Below are positions 9,755 to 20,379 of a DNA stretch of 64,000 bases, piece by piece. The DNA comes from Candidatus Kaelpia aquatica (lineage in GTDB: Bacteria > Omnitrophota > Gorgyraeia > Kaelpiales > Kaelpiaceae): positions 5,559-69,558 of the forward strand of contig JAVCCU010000009.1 of the NCBI GenBank assembly GCA_030765335.1, written 5' to 3'. The stretch's first letter is position 1. Each line of letters opens with the position of its first letter. The position numbers and the translations under genes were made by a program. The notes under the pieces are model-generated. The model worked only from the letters and a program-made list of their open reading frames with translations. It searched no databases and was not told the DNA's origin.

Positions 9755-10063
9755 CTAAATCTGAGAGAAAATAAACTTGTAATAATCAATTACCACCTTA
9801 AGCGAATGAGCAAAGGCCTTGCCTAAAAAATAACTCAACACAAGAACTATAATTGTAACAATACTTTTACTTCTCCTACTAAATCTAGGATTTAACCATA
9901 GTAGAGGTAACGCAAAAGGCCCAACACAGACAAAAGCTACTATTAAATTAGAGGTCTTAAAAAACCAACTCTCTTTAGTTTTTTTACCTAAAAACTCACC
10001 ACAAAACCGGCATTTTATAGCTTCATCCTGAATCTCTTCAAAACAATAAGGGCATCTCTTCAT
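9755..10063 (-). CDS. zinc-ribbon domain membrane protein
   Basis: 102 aa. N-terminal CPYC...CRFCG zinc ribbon followed by two predicted TM helices. 4-bp overlap with the upstream gene. Confidence 0.5.
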   Translation of the reverse strand: MKRCPYCFEEIQDEAIKCRFCGEFLGKKTKESWFFKTSNLIVAFVCVGPFALPLLWLNPRFSRRSKSIVTIIVLVLSYFLGKAFAHSLKVVIDYYKFIFSQI

Positions 10064-10515
10064 TGTTCAACCATATAAACCCTGTCATTCTCGTGCACTT
10101 TCTTTATAACTTTTATTCCAGCCTCTTCCCCTTTATTAGCCTTAGCAACGCTCTTATGGTCAATCTGCATCGATTTAACGGTCTGCTTAAAATCGTCATG
10201 AGCTCCTTTAATATGAATCTTAGCACCTACTTCAAGTGGGGTCTTAAGCTTGATAATTCCAACAGATATTTTACCAAAATAATGTGTTACCCTACCAACC
10301 TCTTTTGGTTTTACCTTTTTTACTGGTTTTACTATCTCAGATTTCTTCCTAACAGCTGCTTTTTTTGTCACCTTTTTAACATTAAGTCTAGCTTTTACTA
10401 GATCACTCTTTTGGGATACTGCTTTTTTATTGGAAACGATTTTCTTCTTCGTGGGTTTAGCCACTACCTTTTTTATTTTTTCAGATTTTGATTTAAAAAT
10501 TCCAAATAACGCCAC
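10060..10515 (-). CDS. lysine-rich (histone-H1-like) protein with C-terminal beta-barrel resembling EF-Tu domain 2
   Basis: 151 aa. The N-terminal ~75 aa are K/A/V-rich low complexity ([20 protein letters not shown]...). The C-terminal ~75 aa are clearly paralogous to ORF 54468..54734 (shared G.VT.YF.K.S...I.L, IKG...DF...V.SMQ..H, DRV). Confidence 0.5.
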   Translation of the reverse strand: MALFGIFKSKSEKIKKVVAKPTKKKIVSNKKAVSQKSDLVKARLNVKKVTKKAAVRKKSEIVKPVKKVKPKEVGRVTHYFGKISVGIIKLKTPLEVGAKIHIKGAHDDFKQTVKSMQIDHKSVAKANKGEEAGIKVIKKVHENDRVYMVEQ

Positions 10516-10535
10516 TCAGTCCTCCTCTGCCTATT

Positions 10536-11939
10536 TTAACTCTTAAGATATACGATATCTCCTTTAGCTGGAATCTGGGGGTTTATATTGAGTTTATTTC
10601 TTATATCTGCCCTCAAGCTATCTAGCTGTTCTGCTTCACCATGAACCAGAAAAACCCCTTTAACGTTTTTACTTACCCCTTTAACATAACTCAATAATCC
10701 ATCTCTGTCTGCGTGAGAACTAAAAGCATTGACTGTTATAACTTCTGCATGAAGTTCATATATCCTGCCGAATATGCGCACTGTTTTAGCTTTTTCAACT
10801 ATCCGTTTACCCAAGGTATTATTTGCCATAAAACCGATTACTATTATAGCGTTCTTAGGGTTTTCTATATTATTCTTTAAGTGGTGTAATATTCTTCCGT
10901 TTTCACACATCCCCGATGCTGAGATTAATATTATAGGTTTTGTTATATCATGAATCTGTTTTGACTTACTAACATCCTTAACATAGGTAACATTATCATA
11001 ACCAAAAGGGTCACCGCTATTCAAAAACTCTTTAGCAGTCTTTATGTCAAAATAATCTGCGCTCTCTCTAAATACATCGGTCACATTGACAGCCAAAGGT
11101 CCATCAACATAGATAGGGATCTTTTTAATCTTCTTCTTTCTCATCAACTGACTTATAAAGAAGACTATCAGCTGAGTTCTCTCTAAAGCAAAAGATGGTA
11201 TAATAATCTTGCCGCCCCTCTTTATAGTTTTATTTATAGCATTAGCAAGTTCAATCTCTGCATCCTCTATGCTACTATGTTTTCTATTTCCATAAGTACC
11301 TTCAATCATAAGATAATCCACTTCACTAGGAACCTCAGGGTTTTTAAGTAACGGCATATCGACCCTGCCCAAATCAACTGCATAGGCTATTCTTAAAGGC
11401 CTTCTTCTTGTTTTTACCTCAATCAAAGGTACGGCTGAGCCAAGAATATGACCTGCTTCATAAAAAGTAAGGTTAACATCTTTCGTTAAAGGAAAATTCC
11501 TGTGGTAATTAATGGCTCTTAAGTGCTTTAGTGCTTTTCTTGCCTCTCTCTGGGTATACAGCGGCTCCCTAGGAGGTAATCCGCGTCTTTTGTTTATCTT
11601 ATTAACATACTTAATATCTTCTCCTTGGATATATCCAGAATCTAGGAGCATGAAATGACAGAGTTCCTTTGTAACCGGAGTACAGTAGACTGCCCCCCTA
11701 TAGCCCTGCTTTATAAGATTTGGAATATTACCGCAATGATCTATATGAGCATGAGAGAGAACGCAGGCATCAATATTATTTAGGTTGAAAGCAAACTTAG
11801 AGTTTACCTTGTAATACTCATCTCTCTTTCCATGAAAAAGACCACAGTCAAGGAGTATCTTAGACTTAGAAGTCGATATGAGGTGCATTGAGCCTGTTAC
11901 AGTCTGAGCTCCACCGCAAAACTTAATAGATACAGCCAC
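10536..11939 (-). CDS. MBL-fold metallo-hydrolase, beta-CASP RNA-metabolising family
   Basis: 467 aa. HAHIDHCG (HxHxDH) motif and the beta-CASP layout with C-terminal His motifs. 20-bp gap to the downstream Lys-rich gene. Confidence 0.8.
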   Translation of the reverse strand: MAVSIKFCGGAQTVTGSMHLISTSKSKILLDCGLFHGKRDEYYKVNSKFAFNLNNIDACVLSHAHIDHCGNIPNLIKQGYRGAVYCTPVTKELCHFMLLDSGYIQGEDIKYVNKINKRRGLPPREPLYTQREARKALKHLRAINYHRNFPLTKDVNLTFYEAGHILGSAVPLIEVKTRRRPLRIAYAVDLGRVDMPLLKNPEVPSEVDYLMIEGTYGNRKHSSIEDAEIELANAINKTIKRGGKIIIPSFALERTQLIVFFISQLMRKKKIKKIPIYVDGPLAVNVTDVFRESADYFDIKTAKEFLNSGDPFGYDNVTYVKDVSKSKQIHDITKPIILISASGMCENGRILHHLKNNIENPKNAIIVIGFMANNTLGKRIVEKAKTVRIFGRIYELHAEVITVNAFSSHADRDGLLSYVKGVSKNVKGVFLVHGEAEQLDSLRADIRNKLNINPQIPAKGDIVYLKS

Positions 11940-12041
11940 TCGCTACCTCCTAAATTTAAAGCAACAAACTCTATATTTGAAATATTATATCAAGAAAAAA
12001 TTAAATAAGGAAGCGATATGAGTAAAAAGTGGTATCAAAAA

Positions 12042-13088
12042 TCAAGGGTAATAATTTACTGTTGCCTTATACCAAACACCTATACCTGGATATTTAGAAT
12101 TGAAATTATTCTCTAGCATTACTTGAACATCTTCCATGGGAAAATTAGATGGACTATCGCCAACAGTAGTAATATTAGCATGAAATGCAATCTCGTAAGG
12201 AGTAACAACTACTCTTTGAGCCTGCAATGGATCAAAGAGGTCCATGTAATGAAAAGAAAAATCAATAACTTCTATCAATTCTGGAGCTATGCTAGCATAA
12301 TTTCCATCAATACTATTATTAACCAAATATCGACTAAGTAGATACTCTCGGTATTCAAGAACATCTGCAGTCTCAGAACCTTCTTCCCACCCTGCTATAT
12401 CTATCGGAACTTGCTCTCTGTTACCAAGAATATTCATAGCTTTTAATAGCATCCCCGAACTTATATCATATAAATCAACATTTATATCCCAGCTTTTTAT
12501 CCAACTTTGTATCTCAATATCATCGTCAGATATATTCTCACTTGCATAACTATAAAGTCTATCATATATAGCCATTGCAACAGATAGCGCTTCTAATCCC
12601 CCTGAAGAACCTACACTTTTAACAGTTATTGTTAGGTCATCATTGGCTATTTTTTGCCTAATAAGACCATCCAAATAAATACTAACTTCGCCTAATCTGA
12701 ATCTAAATAGTGCAGTTTTAGTAGACATCGTTATAATACAAAAACTAGAACTTCTTAAAACACTAAGCAAAACTCCCAACTCTTCTACGTTGTTTCTTAA
12801 CGCCTGAGCATACCCTTCAAAACCTACTCCTGCAACCTCTGCCCTCTGCTTGAAATACCCAAGCATAATAATAGCCATATTATTCTTTTCTTCATCAGAT
12901 TTAACCAACGAACCTCTGTCGTCAAAAGCAATAATTTGATCAAGGATTTGGCTAGAAAGATCCAATTCAGAATTTAAGAGTTCACCCTTTAAGCGCCTTG
13001 CAAATCCAGTGCTAGAAAAACAGACTAGTAGAGCAATAATCATACACCAATTGATCTTAAAAATTCTATATTTAAACATATCTACCAT
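12042..13088 (-). CDS. hypothetical exported protein
   Basis: 348 aa. N-terminal hydrophobic signal/anchor. No firm family; see findings for a speculative CheR-like motif. Confidence 0.4.
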   Translation of the reverse strand: MVDMFKYRIFKINWCMIIALLVCFSSTGFARRLKGELLNSELDLSSQILDQIIAFDDRGSLVKSDEEKNNMAIIMLGYFKQRAEVAGVGFEGYAQALRNNVEELGVLLSVLRSSSFCIITMSTKTALFRFRLGEVSIYLDGLIRQKIANDDLTITVKSVGSSGGLEALSVAMAIYDRLYSYASENISDDDIEIQSWIKSWDINVDLYDISSGMLLKAMNILGNREQVPIDIAGWEEGSETADVLEYREYLLSRYLVNNSIDGNYASIAPELIEVIDFSFHYMDLFDPLQAQRVVVTPYEIAFHANITTVGDSPSNFPMEDVQVMLENNFNSKYPGIGVWYKATVNYYP

Positions 13089-13247
13089 CCTTATTTTAAA
13101 TATACCGTACTTTTTGACTATTTACAAATTTTAATCAAACTTTTTTATAATTTTTAAGAAGTTTATTAACAAACACTTAGCTCTAGGTATATTTTAAGAC
13201 TTACATCAAAAATAAATTTAATATATAATAAATAAAAGGAGAAAATA

Positions 13248-14147
13248 ATGAAAGAAATGACAGATAGTTTTAATCTTCAAAAATACCAACTCTTAAAAGA
13301 TAAAAAACTTTCAAAGAGTATCTCTTTTTTACTTCTTTTCACTTTTCTAATAAGCTTTCTCTTTGCATTTAAGCTGACCTTATTTGTAAACAGAGAGCTT
13401 CCTGGGCTTGCCTACAAAGCAAAACAGGTCCTTGAGAAAGATCTAACAGGTATCCCTATAATAGAGATTAAAGACGGTGTAACAATAAAGCCGGAGCAGA
13501 GATATTATAAAAAATGGAAGGAGTTCTCGCTTGTAATCGCACCCAATGAGAACGACCCTTATAAAATACTTGAGGAATCAGAATCTCTCCTGGGGTTGAC
13601 TAGAGAAAATTTGATTATAAAATCCAAAATAGAGGAAATTAAATCAGAGATCAAGGTCTATGATTTAAAAAATATCGAAGAACTCCTTATAGCCCCAATT
13701 GAAAAAGGAATCAATATCTCTTCTGGAGAATTTAGATTGGACTTGACGCCTGATTTTATAAACCGGCTAAATAAACGCCTTGCAATATTCGCTTTTCCGA
13801 CACTATTAATACTGCTTTTAACAACTTTCTTCTTTTCTAAATTGATACATATTTTCTCTTTTAGTATCTTTAGTCTAATCTTTAACAGTAGGCTCAACGC
13901 AAATCTTAAATATAAACAATTACTAAACATAGGCATATATGCCTTAGTACCGCCTACTGTCCTAACTGTAATCTTGCAGACATTAAACTTAAGGACACCT
14001 TTAAGCTGGGCATTGCACAGCACTATTTATATCATGCTGATATATAAAGCAATTAAACTGAATGTTGGTGCTGGAGAAATGGGGTTAGAGGCTGAACCCC
14101 GCTTTAAAGAGAGCGGTGATTCTAATTCTGAAAACAGCAATCTTTAA
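13248..14147 (+). CDS. DUF1189-like membrane protein (hypothetical)
   Basis: 299 aa. Multiple TM helices. SD AAAGGAGAA upstream of the ATG. Plus strand. Confidence 0.4.
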   Translation: MKEMTDSFNLQKYQLLKDKKLSKSISFLLLFTFLISFLFAFKLTLFVNRELPGLAYKAKQVLEKDLTGIPIIEIKDGVTIKPEQRYYKKWKEFSLVIAPNENDPYKILEESESLLGLTRENLIIKSKIEEIKSEIKVYDLKNIEELLIAPIEKGINISSGEFRLDLTPDFINRLNKRLAIFAFPTLLILLLTTFFFSKLIHIFSFSIFSLIFNSRLNANLKYKQLLNIGIYALVPPTVLTVILQTLNLRTPLSWALHSTIYIMLIYKAIKLNVGAGEMGLEAEPRFKESGDSNSENSNL

Positions 14148-14257
14148 ATTAATCTATCGACAGCTATAAAGCTAGAAATTAAGCAAACAGGCTGTAATCA
14201 AACCTTACTTAAAAAGATAAACCATAATCCACTTTAACTACAGTGTCACTAATATTT

Positions 14258-14301
14258 TTGAATAACAAACAAAAAGTGCAGCACCGTTAACGATGCTGCA
14301 C
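14258..14301 (-). terminator. Rho-independent terminator of the ilv operon
   Basis: Perfect 8-bp stem GTGCAGCA / TGCTGCAC (14276-14283 and 14294-14301) with a 10-nt loop, 32 nt downstream of the ilvC stop. On the minus strand it is followed by TTTTTGTTTGTTATT. Confidence 0.6.
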
Positions 14302-14332
14302 CTAACTTTAAAGTTTAGAATTTTTAATGCTG

Positions 14333-15319
14333 TTATTTGATCCAGGGCATCATTTCACGAAGCTTAAAGCCAACCTTCTCTATCTTTTCTCCTTCAGCTT
14401 TCTTTCTAGCTGCAAGAAATTTTTTTCTGCCATCTTTATTCTCTTTAATCCACTCTTTAGCAAAAGAGCCTGACTGAATCTCTTTTAAGATTTTTTTCAT
14501 CTCAGAGCGAACTTTTGCATCTATAACACGCTTACCGCGGGTATAATCTCCATATTCAGCAGTATCTGATATAACATATCTCATCTTTTGGATACCATAC
14601 TTGTACATCAAATCTACGATGAGTTTTAATTCATGCAGACATTCAAAATATGCAATCTCAGGCTGATAACCTGCAGCAGTCAAAGTATCAAACCCTGCTT
14701 TAACTAGCTCTGTTGCTCCACCACAGAGAACAGCTTGCTCGCCAAAGAGATCTGTCTCTGTCTCTTCCTTGAATGTTGTCTCAATAACTCCTGCACGCGT
14801 ACCGCCTATAGCTTTAGAAAAAGCTAGAGCAAGATTCTTTGCTTTGCCTGTTGCATCCTGATATACCGCTATTAGGTTAGGTACACCCTTTTTCTCTAGA
14901 TACATATCACGAACAAGAGTTCCAGGGCCTTTAGGTGCAACCATAAAGACATCGACATAATCAGGCGGGACAATCTGTGAGAAATGAATATTAAAACCAT
15001 GTGAAAAGCTTAACGCATTGCCCTTCTTTAAATATGATTTAATATTATTATATACTGCAGCCTGAATATGATCTTGAGCAAGCATATGTATAATATCAGC
15101 TTCTTTCGCTGCTTCAACTGCAGTAACTGGTTTAAAACCATCTTTAACTGCAATCTTATAATTAGGGGATTTCTTTAGCTCTGCTATTATAACCTTAACC
15201 CCACTATCACGTAAGTTTAAGGCTTGAGCTCTACCTTGGGCACCATAACCTATAACAGCAACCTTCTTCCTTCTAATCAAAGCCAAGTTTGCATCTTTAT
15301 CATAATATACTTTAGCCAT
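14333..15319 (-). CDS. ilvC: ketol-acid reductoisomerase
   Basis: 328 aa. Starts [12 protein letters not shown]...[21 protein letters not shown], the canonical IlvC N-terminus. Confidence 0.95.
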   Translation of the reverse strand: MAKVYYDKDANLALIRRKKVAVIGYGAQGRAQALNLRDSGVKVIIAELKKSPNYKIAVKDGFKPVTAVEAAKEADIIHMLAQDHIQAAVYNNIKSYLKKGNALSFSHGFNIHFSQIVPPDYVDVFMVAPKGPGTLVRDMYLEKKGVPNLIAVYQDATGKAKNLALAFSKAIGGTRAGVIETTFKEETETDLFGEQAVLCGGATELVKAGFDTLTAAGYQPEIAYFECLHELKLIVDLMYKYGIQKMRYVISDTAEYGDYTRGKRVIDAKVRSEMKKILKEIQSGSFAKEWIKENKDGRKKFLAARKKAEGEKIEKVGFKLREMMPWIK

Positions 15320-15330
15320 TTTCAGCCTCC

Positions 15331-15807
15331 TTAATCTTTTCCTATAGCTACAACTCCTGTCCTCATAACCTCTTTTATACCGTAGGGCTTTAAAAGCTGC
15401 AAAGATGTTGCAACTTTCTCCTTATCTCCAACAACTTCAATGCAGATTACTTTAGTACCGACATGTAATATCTTACCTCCAAGCAACTCTATAATCTCTA
15501 TGATCTGAGAACGGTTCTGAGATGTATACCGCAGCTTTATAAGCAATAGTTCTCTGTCAAAGAAATCTTTTTTTGTAAAATCTTGCACAGACACAACATC
15601 TATTAATTTATTGAGCTGTTTTTTTACTTGCTCAAATGTCTTCTCATCAGCATGAACGACCAAAGACATACGTGATACCGACGGAGAATCTGTCTCAGCT
15701 ACTGCCAAAGAGCGAATATTAAAGCCTCTGGCACTAAAAAGACCTGCTACGCGCGCAAGAACTCCTGCCTTATTTTCAACCAAAACTGATAATACATAAT
15801 TTTTCAT
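15331..15807 (-). CDS. ilvN: acetolactate synthase small (regulatory) subunit
   Basis: 158 aa. ACT-domain N-terminus [26 protein letters not shown]. Confidence 0.9.
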   Translation of the reverse strand: MKNYVLSVLVENKAGVLARVAGLFSARGFNIRSLAVAETDSPSVSRMSLVVHADEKTFEQVKKQLNKLIDVVSVQDFTKKDFFDRELLLIKLRYTSQNRSQIIEIIELLGGKILHVGTKVICIEVVGDKEKVATSLQLLKPYGIKEVMRTGVVAIGKD

Positions 15808-15846
15808 GGTATTATCTCCTTATCCACTGCCCCGCTATTGACAGAA

Positions 15847-17520
15847 TTAAGCCATCCCGCCTATCATTCTATCTATAGCCTCACCTGCAGGAACCATAGG
15901 AAAAACGTTTTCAAACCCATCTACCTTAAAATCGATAACTACGGGTTTCTTCTTACTCTTTAAAGCCTTCTTTATCGCAGGGCCAACCTCAGATTGCTTT
16001 TTAACTCTTATACCGATTGCTCCGTAAGCCTCGGCTATCTTTACAAAATCAAGGCTATCCAGGCAGGTATAAGAGTACCTCTTTTTGTAGAACAGTTCCT
16101 GCCATTGTCTGACCATACCAAGGCAACCATTGTTCAAAATAGCAATTATAACAGGGACCTCATAACTCACAGCTGTTGCAAGCTCCTGCATATTCATCTG
16201 GATACTACCATCCCCAGCTATATCTACTACAATTTTATCGGGATTACCTATTTTAGCTCCTATCGCAGCAGGAAAACCATAGCCCATAGTACCTAAACCG
16301 CCGGATGAGATATATGTTCTAGGTTTTGTATATTGATACCAATGGGCAGCCCACATCTGATTCTGACCCACCTCTGTTGTTATTATAGCATCGCCCTTTG
16401 TCAGCTTATAAATCTGTTCTATGACATATTGAGGCTTCAAGCCAGTTGCGGTCTTTTTGTATTTTAAAGGAGACTCTTTTTTCCAACTCTTGATCTGCTT
16501 AACCCAATCAGAAGAATCTGGCTTCTTAACTATTTTATTCAGCTCAATCAATATCTTCTTCGCATCACCGACAATTGGAATATCAACATCTACATTCTTA
16601 CTTATAGCCGAAGGATCAATATCTATGTGAATAATCTTCGCTTTTGGTGCGAAGGCTTCAATTTTACCTGTGACCCTATCATCAAACCTTGATCCAACCG
16701 CAATAAGGAGATCTGAATTCTGTATTGCAAGGTTTGCATAGACAGTTCCATGCATTCCCGGCATACCTAAAGATAACTCTGTGTCTTCAGGGAAACCGCC
16801 TAACCCCATAAGTGTAGTTGTTACTGGTATCTGGCATTTATCAGCTAACTTTTTAAGCTCTCTATCTGCCCCAGATATAATAATACCACCGCCTGTATAG
16901 AGAACAGGGCGTTTCGATCCCTCTATCATCTCGGCTGCTTTTTTGATCTGCAAAGGATGACCTTTTAAAACAGGCTTATACCCTCTCATCGAAACTTTCT
17001 TCTGATACTTGTAATCATACTGCTTTAAGGTTATATCTACAGGTAAATCTATGACAACAGGCCCAGGCCGGCCGGTAGAAGCACAATGGAAAGCCTCTCT
17101 TATTATTCTACCAAGATCTTTTATATCTTTAACCAAATAATTATACTTTGTTATCGGTCGCGTTATGCCGGTTGTATCTGCTTCCTGAAAAGCATCGTTT
17201 CCTATCAAATAAGTATTAACTTGACCAGTTATGCAGACTATTGGAATAGAATCCATATAAGCAGTTGCTATTCCGGTAATCAGGTTGGTAGCTCCAGGGC
17301 CTGAGGTGGCAATGCAGACACCCACGCGGCCAGTGCTTCTTGCATACCCATCAGCAGCATGAACCGCACCCTGCTCGTGACGCGTCAAGACAAAGTTTAG
17401 GGGAGCATCATATAGAACATCAAAAAGGGGCAACACAGAACCTCCGGGATAACCAAAGATATCCTTTACACCCTCATGCTTCAAAGCCTCTATTACAATT
17501 TTTGCACCGGTCATCTTCAT
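15847..17520 (-). CDS. ilvB: acetolactate synthase large subunit (ThDP-dependent)
   Basis: 557 aa. TPP-enzyme motifs (GPGATNL, the GDGS...N Mg/TPP-binding motif). Adjacent to ilvN and ilvC. Confidence 0.9.
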   Translation of the reverse strand: MKMTGAKIVIEALKHEGVKDIFGYPGGSVLPLFDVLYDAPLNFVLTRHEQGAVHAADGYARSTGRVGVCIATSGPGATNLITGIATAYMDSIPIVCITGQVNTYLIGNDAFQEADTTGITRPITKYNYLVKDIKDLGRIIREAFHCASTGRPGPVVIDLPVDITLKQYDYKYQKKVSMRGYKPVLKGHPLQIKKAAEMIEGSKRPVLYTGGGIIISGADRELKKLADKCQIPVTTTLMGLGGFPEDTELSLGMPGMHGTVYANLAIQNSDLLIAVGSRFDDRVTGKIEAFAPKAKIIHIDIDPSAISKNVDVDIPIVGDAKKILIELNKIVKKPDSSDWVKQIKSWKKESPLKYKKTATGLKPQYVIEQIYKLTKGDAIITTEVGQNQMWAAHWYQYTKPRTYISSGGLGTMGYGFPAAIGAKIGNPDKIVVDIAGDGSIQMNMQELATAVSYEVPVIIAILNNGCLGMVRQWQELFYKKRYSYTCLDSLDFVKIAEAYGAIGIRVKKQSEVGPAIKKALKSKKKPVVIDFKVDGFENVFPMVPAGEAIDRMIGGMA

Positions 17521-17573
17521 AATCTGATTAATATATCAAAATTATCATTTTAACGCAACCCTATTTAAGCGGA

Positions 17574-18545
17574 TCAATATTCACCTATTATCTCTTCCAT
17601 TACATCTTCTAATGTTACCATACCAACAACCTCATCTAATGAATTACGTATCCCAACCATATGGATATTCCTCCTAAGCATCTGAACCAAAAGATCATCC
17701 AGATATGTGTTGTCATCAACATAGAAGATATCATGAAGAAAATTGTTTAAATCTATCTCCTTATCAATATCCTGAATTAACAGATCCATATAGTTTATGA
17801 CTCCCACGTACTCTTCTTTATCTTTATTGTAAACAGGTAAACGTGAAAATTCATATCTTTTAAACTCTTCTATGACAACACTTATATCTAAATCGCTTAA
17901 AACTGAAACAACTCTCTTCTTAGATATCATTATCTCTTTTACCTGCTTCTCTCCAAGATGAAAAACCCTGTGCAAGATTGTCTTCTCATGTTCCTGAATA
18001 ACTCCTCTCTCCTCACCCTTAATTATCGCAACTTTAATCTGCTCTTTAGAACCGAGAGAACGTACTCTAGCAGGCGCCTTGCTAAACTTATTAATCAATT
18101 TTGAAGGAAAAAAATAAAACAGGTAAGAGAACGGAAAACTAATGTAGTATAGAATTTTAAATATTTTGACTGTTCTAAAAATCAGAGAAGGCTTTGCCCT
18201 AAAAATACTTTTTGGCACTATCTCTGAAAAGACAATACTTAGTGGCACAAGCAGAGTAATTGTAATCATCTCAGCTTGCAATTCAGTAAAAAACCTCACG
18301 ATTGCAGAGAGCAGGACTATCGTGCTTGCGCTTAGAGCAAAGTTTGTCATAACAAGTGTTATAGAGACAAGTTTTTCAAGGTTCTGCATCTTATCTATTA
18401 ACCAGAGATCCGATTTTCTGCTTAAACCTCGCTTCTTCTCGACCATAGAGACTGGGATAGATATCAATCCTGTCTCATAGCCAGAAGAGAATCCGGCAAT
18501 CAACAGAAAAAAAGCAATTATTATAATCAATGTTAAAACGCTCAT
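17574..18545 (-). CDS. CNNM/DUF21-CBS membrane protein (hemolysin-family, lacks CorC_HlyC C-domain)
   Basis: 323 aa. N-terminal DUF21 TM module and a C-terminal CBS pair, ending right after the CBS domains. Its start overlaps the stop of the upstream paralog by 4 bp. Confidence 0.7.
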   Translation of the reverse strand: MSVLTLIIIIAFFLLIAGFSSGYETGLISIPVSMVEKKRGLSRKSDLWLIDKMQNLEKLVSITLVMTNFALSASTIVLLSAIVRFFTELQAEMITITLLVPLSIVFSEIVPKSIFRAKPSLIFRTVKIFKILYYISFPFSYLFYFFPSKLINKFSKAPARVRSLGSKEQIKVAIIKGEERGVIQEHEKTILHRVFHLGEKQVKEIMISKKRVVSVLSDLDISVVIEEFKRYEFSRLPVYNKDKEEYVGVINYMDLLIQDIDKEIDLNNFLHDIFYVDDNTYLDDLLVQMLRRNIHMVGIRNSLDEVVGMVTLEDVMEEIIGEY

Positions 18546-19777
18546 CTGCTTATTTTTATAGTTACCTTCTTAATTCTATTTCTACTTACCTCATCAATGA
18601 AGAACTTTAGATCCTTATATTCAATAGACTGCCCGCTGGAAGGAACTTTCTGAAAGAGATTGAGCAATAATCCTCCTAAAGAAGATATTCCAGGAGTTTT
18701 TAAATCTACATCTAATTCATCGCTAAGATCAGATAGCGATACATTTGCCATAACAGTGTAAGTGTCTAAGTCAATCTTCTTTATCTTGTTTTTATCTCTT
18801 TTATATTCATTCTCTATTTCTCCAACAAGCTCTTCTAAGATATCCTCTAAAGTAACTATTCCGGCTGTACCGCCATACTCATCAACAATTAAGGCAATCT
18901 CTTCATTCCTCTCTTTAAATTGAATTAAGAGCTCATCTATATCCATAGAGTCAGGTACAGTTAAAACGGGACGGACCAAGTCATTCCAAATACTAAATTT
19001 CGAAAAAAGAAAATCCCTGGAATATATGACACCTGCAACAGAATCCAAGCTCTCCCTGTAAATTATATACCTCGTATGTTTTGTCTCTCTTATTAATTCT
19101 TTTAATTCATCTAGTGAGCTTTTTTCTTCTAAGGCTTCCATATCAATTCTAGGTGTCATAATCTCTCTTGCCCAGCTCTTACCTAAATCAAGGACTCTTT
19201 CAGCTAGAACTCTCTCCTCTTTGTCTAGCAGCCCTCTCTCTTCTCCTGACTTTACCATCGCATATATTTCAGACAATGCAGGTTTATCTTCAAGAGCTCC
19301 AACGTTTTCTGAAAAAAATAACAGTGATACTTTTATAGCTGCTCTACTAAAAAAACTCTCTAAAGGAAATATTACCTTAGAGATTAAAGTAAGAAAATAC
19401 ACTGAGAAAAAGGAAAAGCTAGATGCAAACCTTAAAGCTAATAACTTTGGAACAACCTCGCCAAAAAAAAGTATTATCGAAGTTACGATAAAGATAGAAA
19501 GAATAACGGAGATCTGAGGAAAGAAATAATAGAGTAATACCCCCATAATACTTGTAGCTACAATATTTACTATTGTATTACCGGTTATAATCAAAGATAT
19601 AGTCTTAGTGGAATCCTTTAAAAAAGAAGATAGTCTCTGATAAGCACTAAGATGTCTAGATTTAAACTTTGACCTCTCATATTCAGTAAGAGAAAAAATA
19701 GCGCTTTCTGAAGAAGAGAATAGCGCTGATAAAATTAAGAACAGCAACAAAAAAAAGAAGTGTATAGTAAGATTCAT
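18542..19777 (-). CDS. CNNM/DUF21-CBS-CorC_HlyC family transporter
   Basis: 411 aa. DUF21 TM domain, CBS pair and a C-terminal transporter-associated domain. Confidence 0.75.
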   Translation of the reverse strand: MNLTIHFFFLLLFLILSALFSSSESAIFSLTEYERSKFKSRHLSAYQRLSSFLKDSTKTISLIITGNTIVNIVATSIMGVLLYYFFPQISVILSIFIVTSIILFFGEVVPKLLALRFASSFSFFSVYFLTLISKVIFPLESFFSRAAIKVSLLFFSENVGALEDKPALSEIYAMVKSGEERGLLDKEERVLAERVLDLGKSWAREIMTPRIDMEALEEKSSLDELKELIRETKHTRYIIYRESLDSVAGVIYSRDFLFSKFSIWNDLVRPVLTVPDSMDIDELLIQFKERNEEIALIVDEYGGTAGIVTLEDILEELVGEIENEYKRDKNKIKKIDLDTYTVMANVSLSDLSDELDVDLKTPGISSLGGLLLNLFQKVPSSGQSIEYKDLKFFIDEVSRNRIKKVTIKISR

Positions 19778-20379
19778 CTATAGAGCCTGAAGTTCACAAT
19801 ATAATCCCTAACCTTATCAGGCGTAAGATAACGTAATGAAAGACCGCTCTTTACTCTATCCCTGAGAGAAGATGAAGATATTGCTATCTGAGGAATTAGG
19901 AGCTTCTTATACTTAGCTCCTTTAATATTTTTAACTTTTGTCCCCGGTCTAACAGCTACTATAAAGCGTGCTATCCTGACTAAGCTCTTGTAATTCTTCC
20001 AGCTTTCAAGTTCAGAAAAAGCATCGGAACCTATCAAAAAATATATCTCATCTTGAGGTTCTTTCTTTTTTAAAGCTTTCAAAGTCTCATAACTAAAAGA
20101 GAGCCCTCCCCTCTTGATCTCTACGCTAGAGACAGATAGAGAAGGATTATCTATGGTTGCCAATCTAAGCATATTTAATCTATCCCGAGAAGATGCTTGA
20201 GGAGGTTCTTTAGAAGCAGATATATTATAAGGCAAGAATACCACCCTATCTAACCCAAGCTCACCTAGGGCACACTCCGCTAATAGAAGATGTCCCATAT
20301 GTATAGGATCAAAGGCTCCGCCTAAGATGCCTATTTTTTTTGATTTTTTACGATTAAACTCTGATTTGACCATTACCAA
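19774..20379 (-). CDS. nadD: nicotinate-nucleotide adenylyltransferase
   Basis: 201 aa. IGILGGAFDPIHMGHL (HxGH) motif. Conserved position after obg-proBA. Confidence 0.85.
   Translation of the reverse strand: MVMVKSEFNRKKSKKIGILGGAFDPIHMGHLLLAECALGELGLDRVVFLPYNISASKEPPQASSRDRLNMLRLATIDNPSLSVSSVEIKRGGLSFSYETLKALKKKEPQDEIYFLIGSDAFSELESWKNYKSLVRIARFIVAVRPGTKVKNIKGAKYKKLLIPQIAISSSSLRDRVKSGLSLRYLTPDKVRDYIVNFRLYR

Noticed and set aside
13658-14023. 121-aa minus-strand ORF antisense to the DUF1189-like gene
   Set aside because: Could in principle be real given the overall minus-strand bias. However, it has no RBS, a low-complexity product, and the plus-strand gene has a good SD and TM-protein composition.
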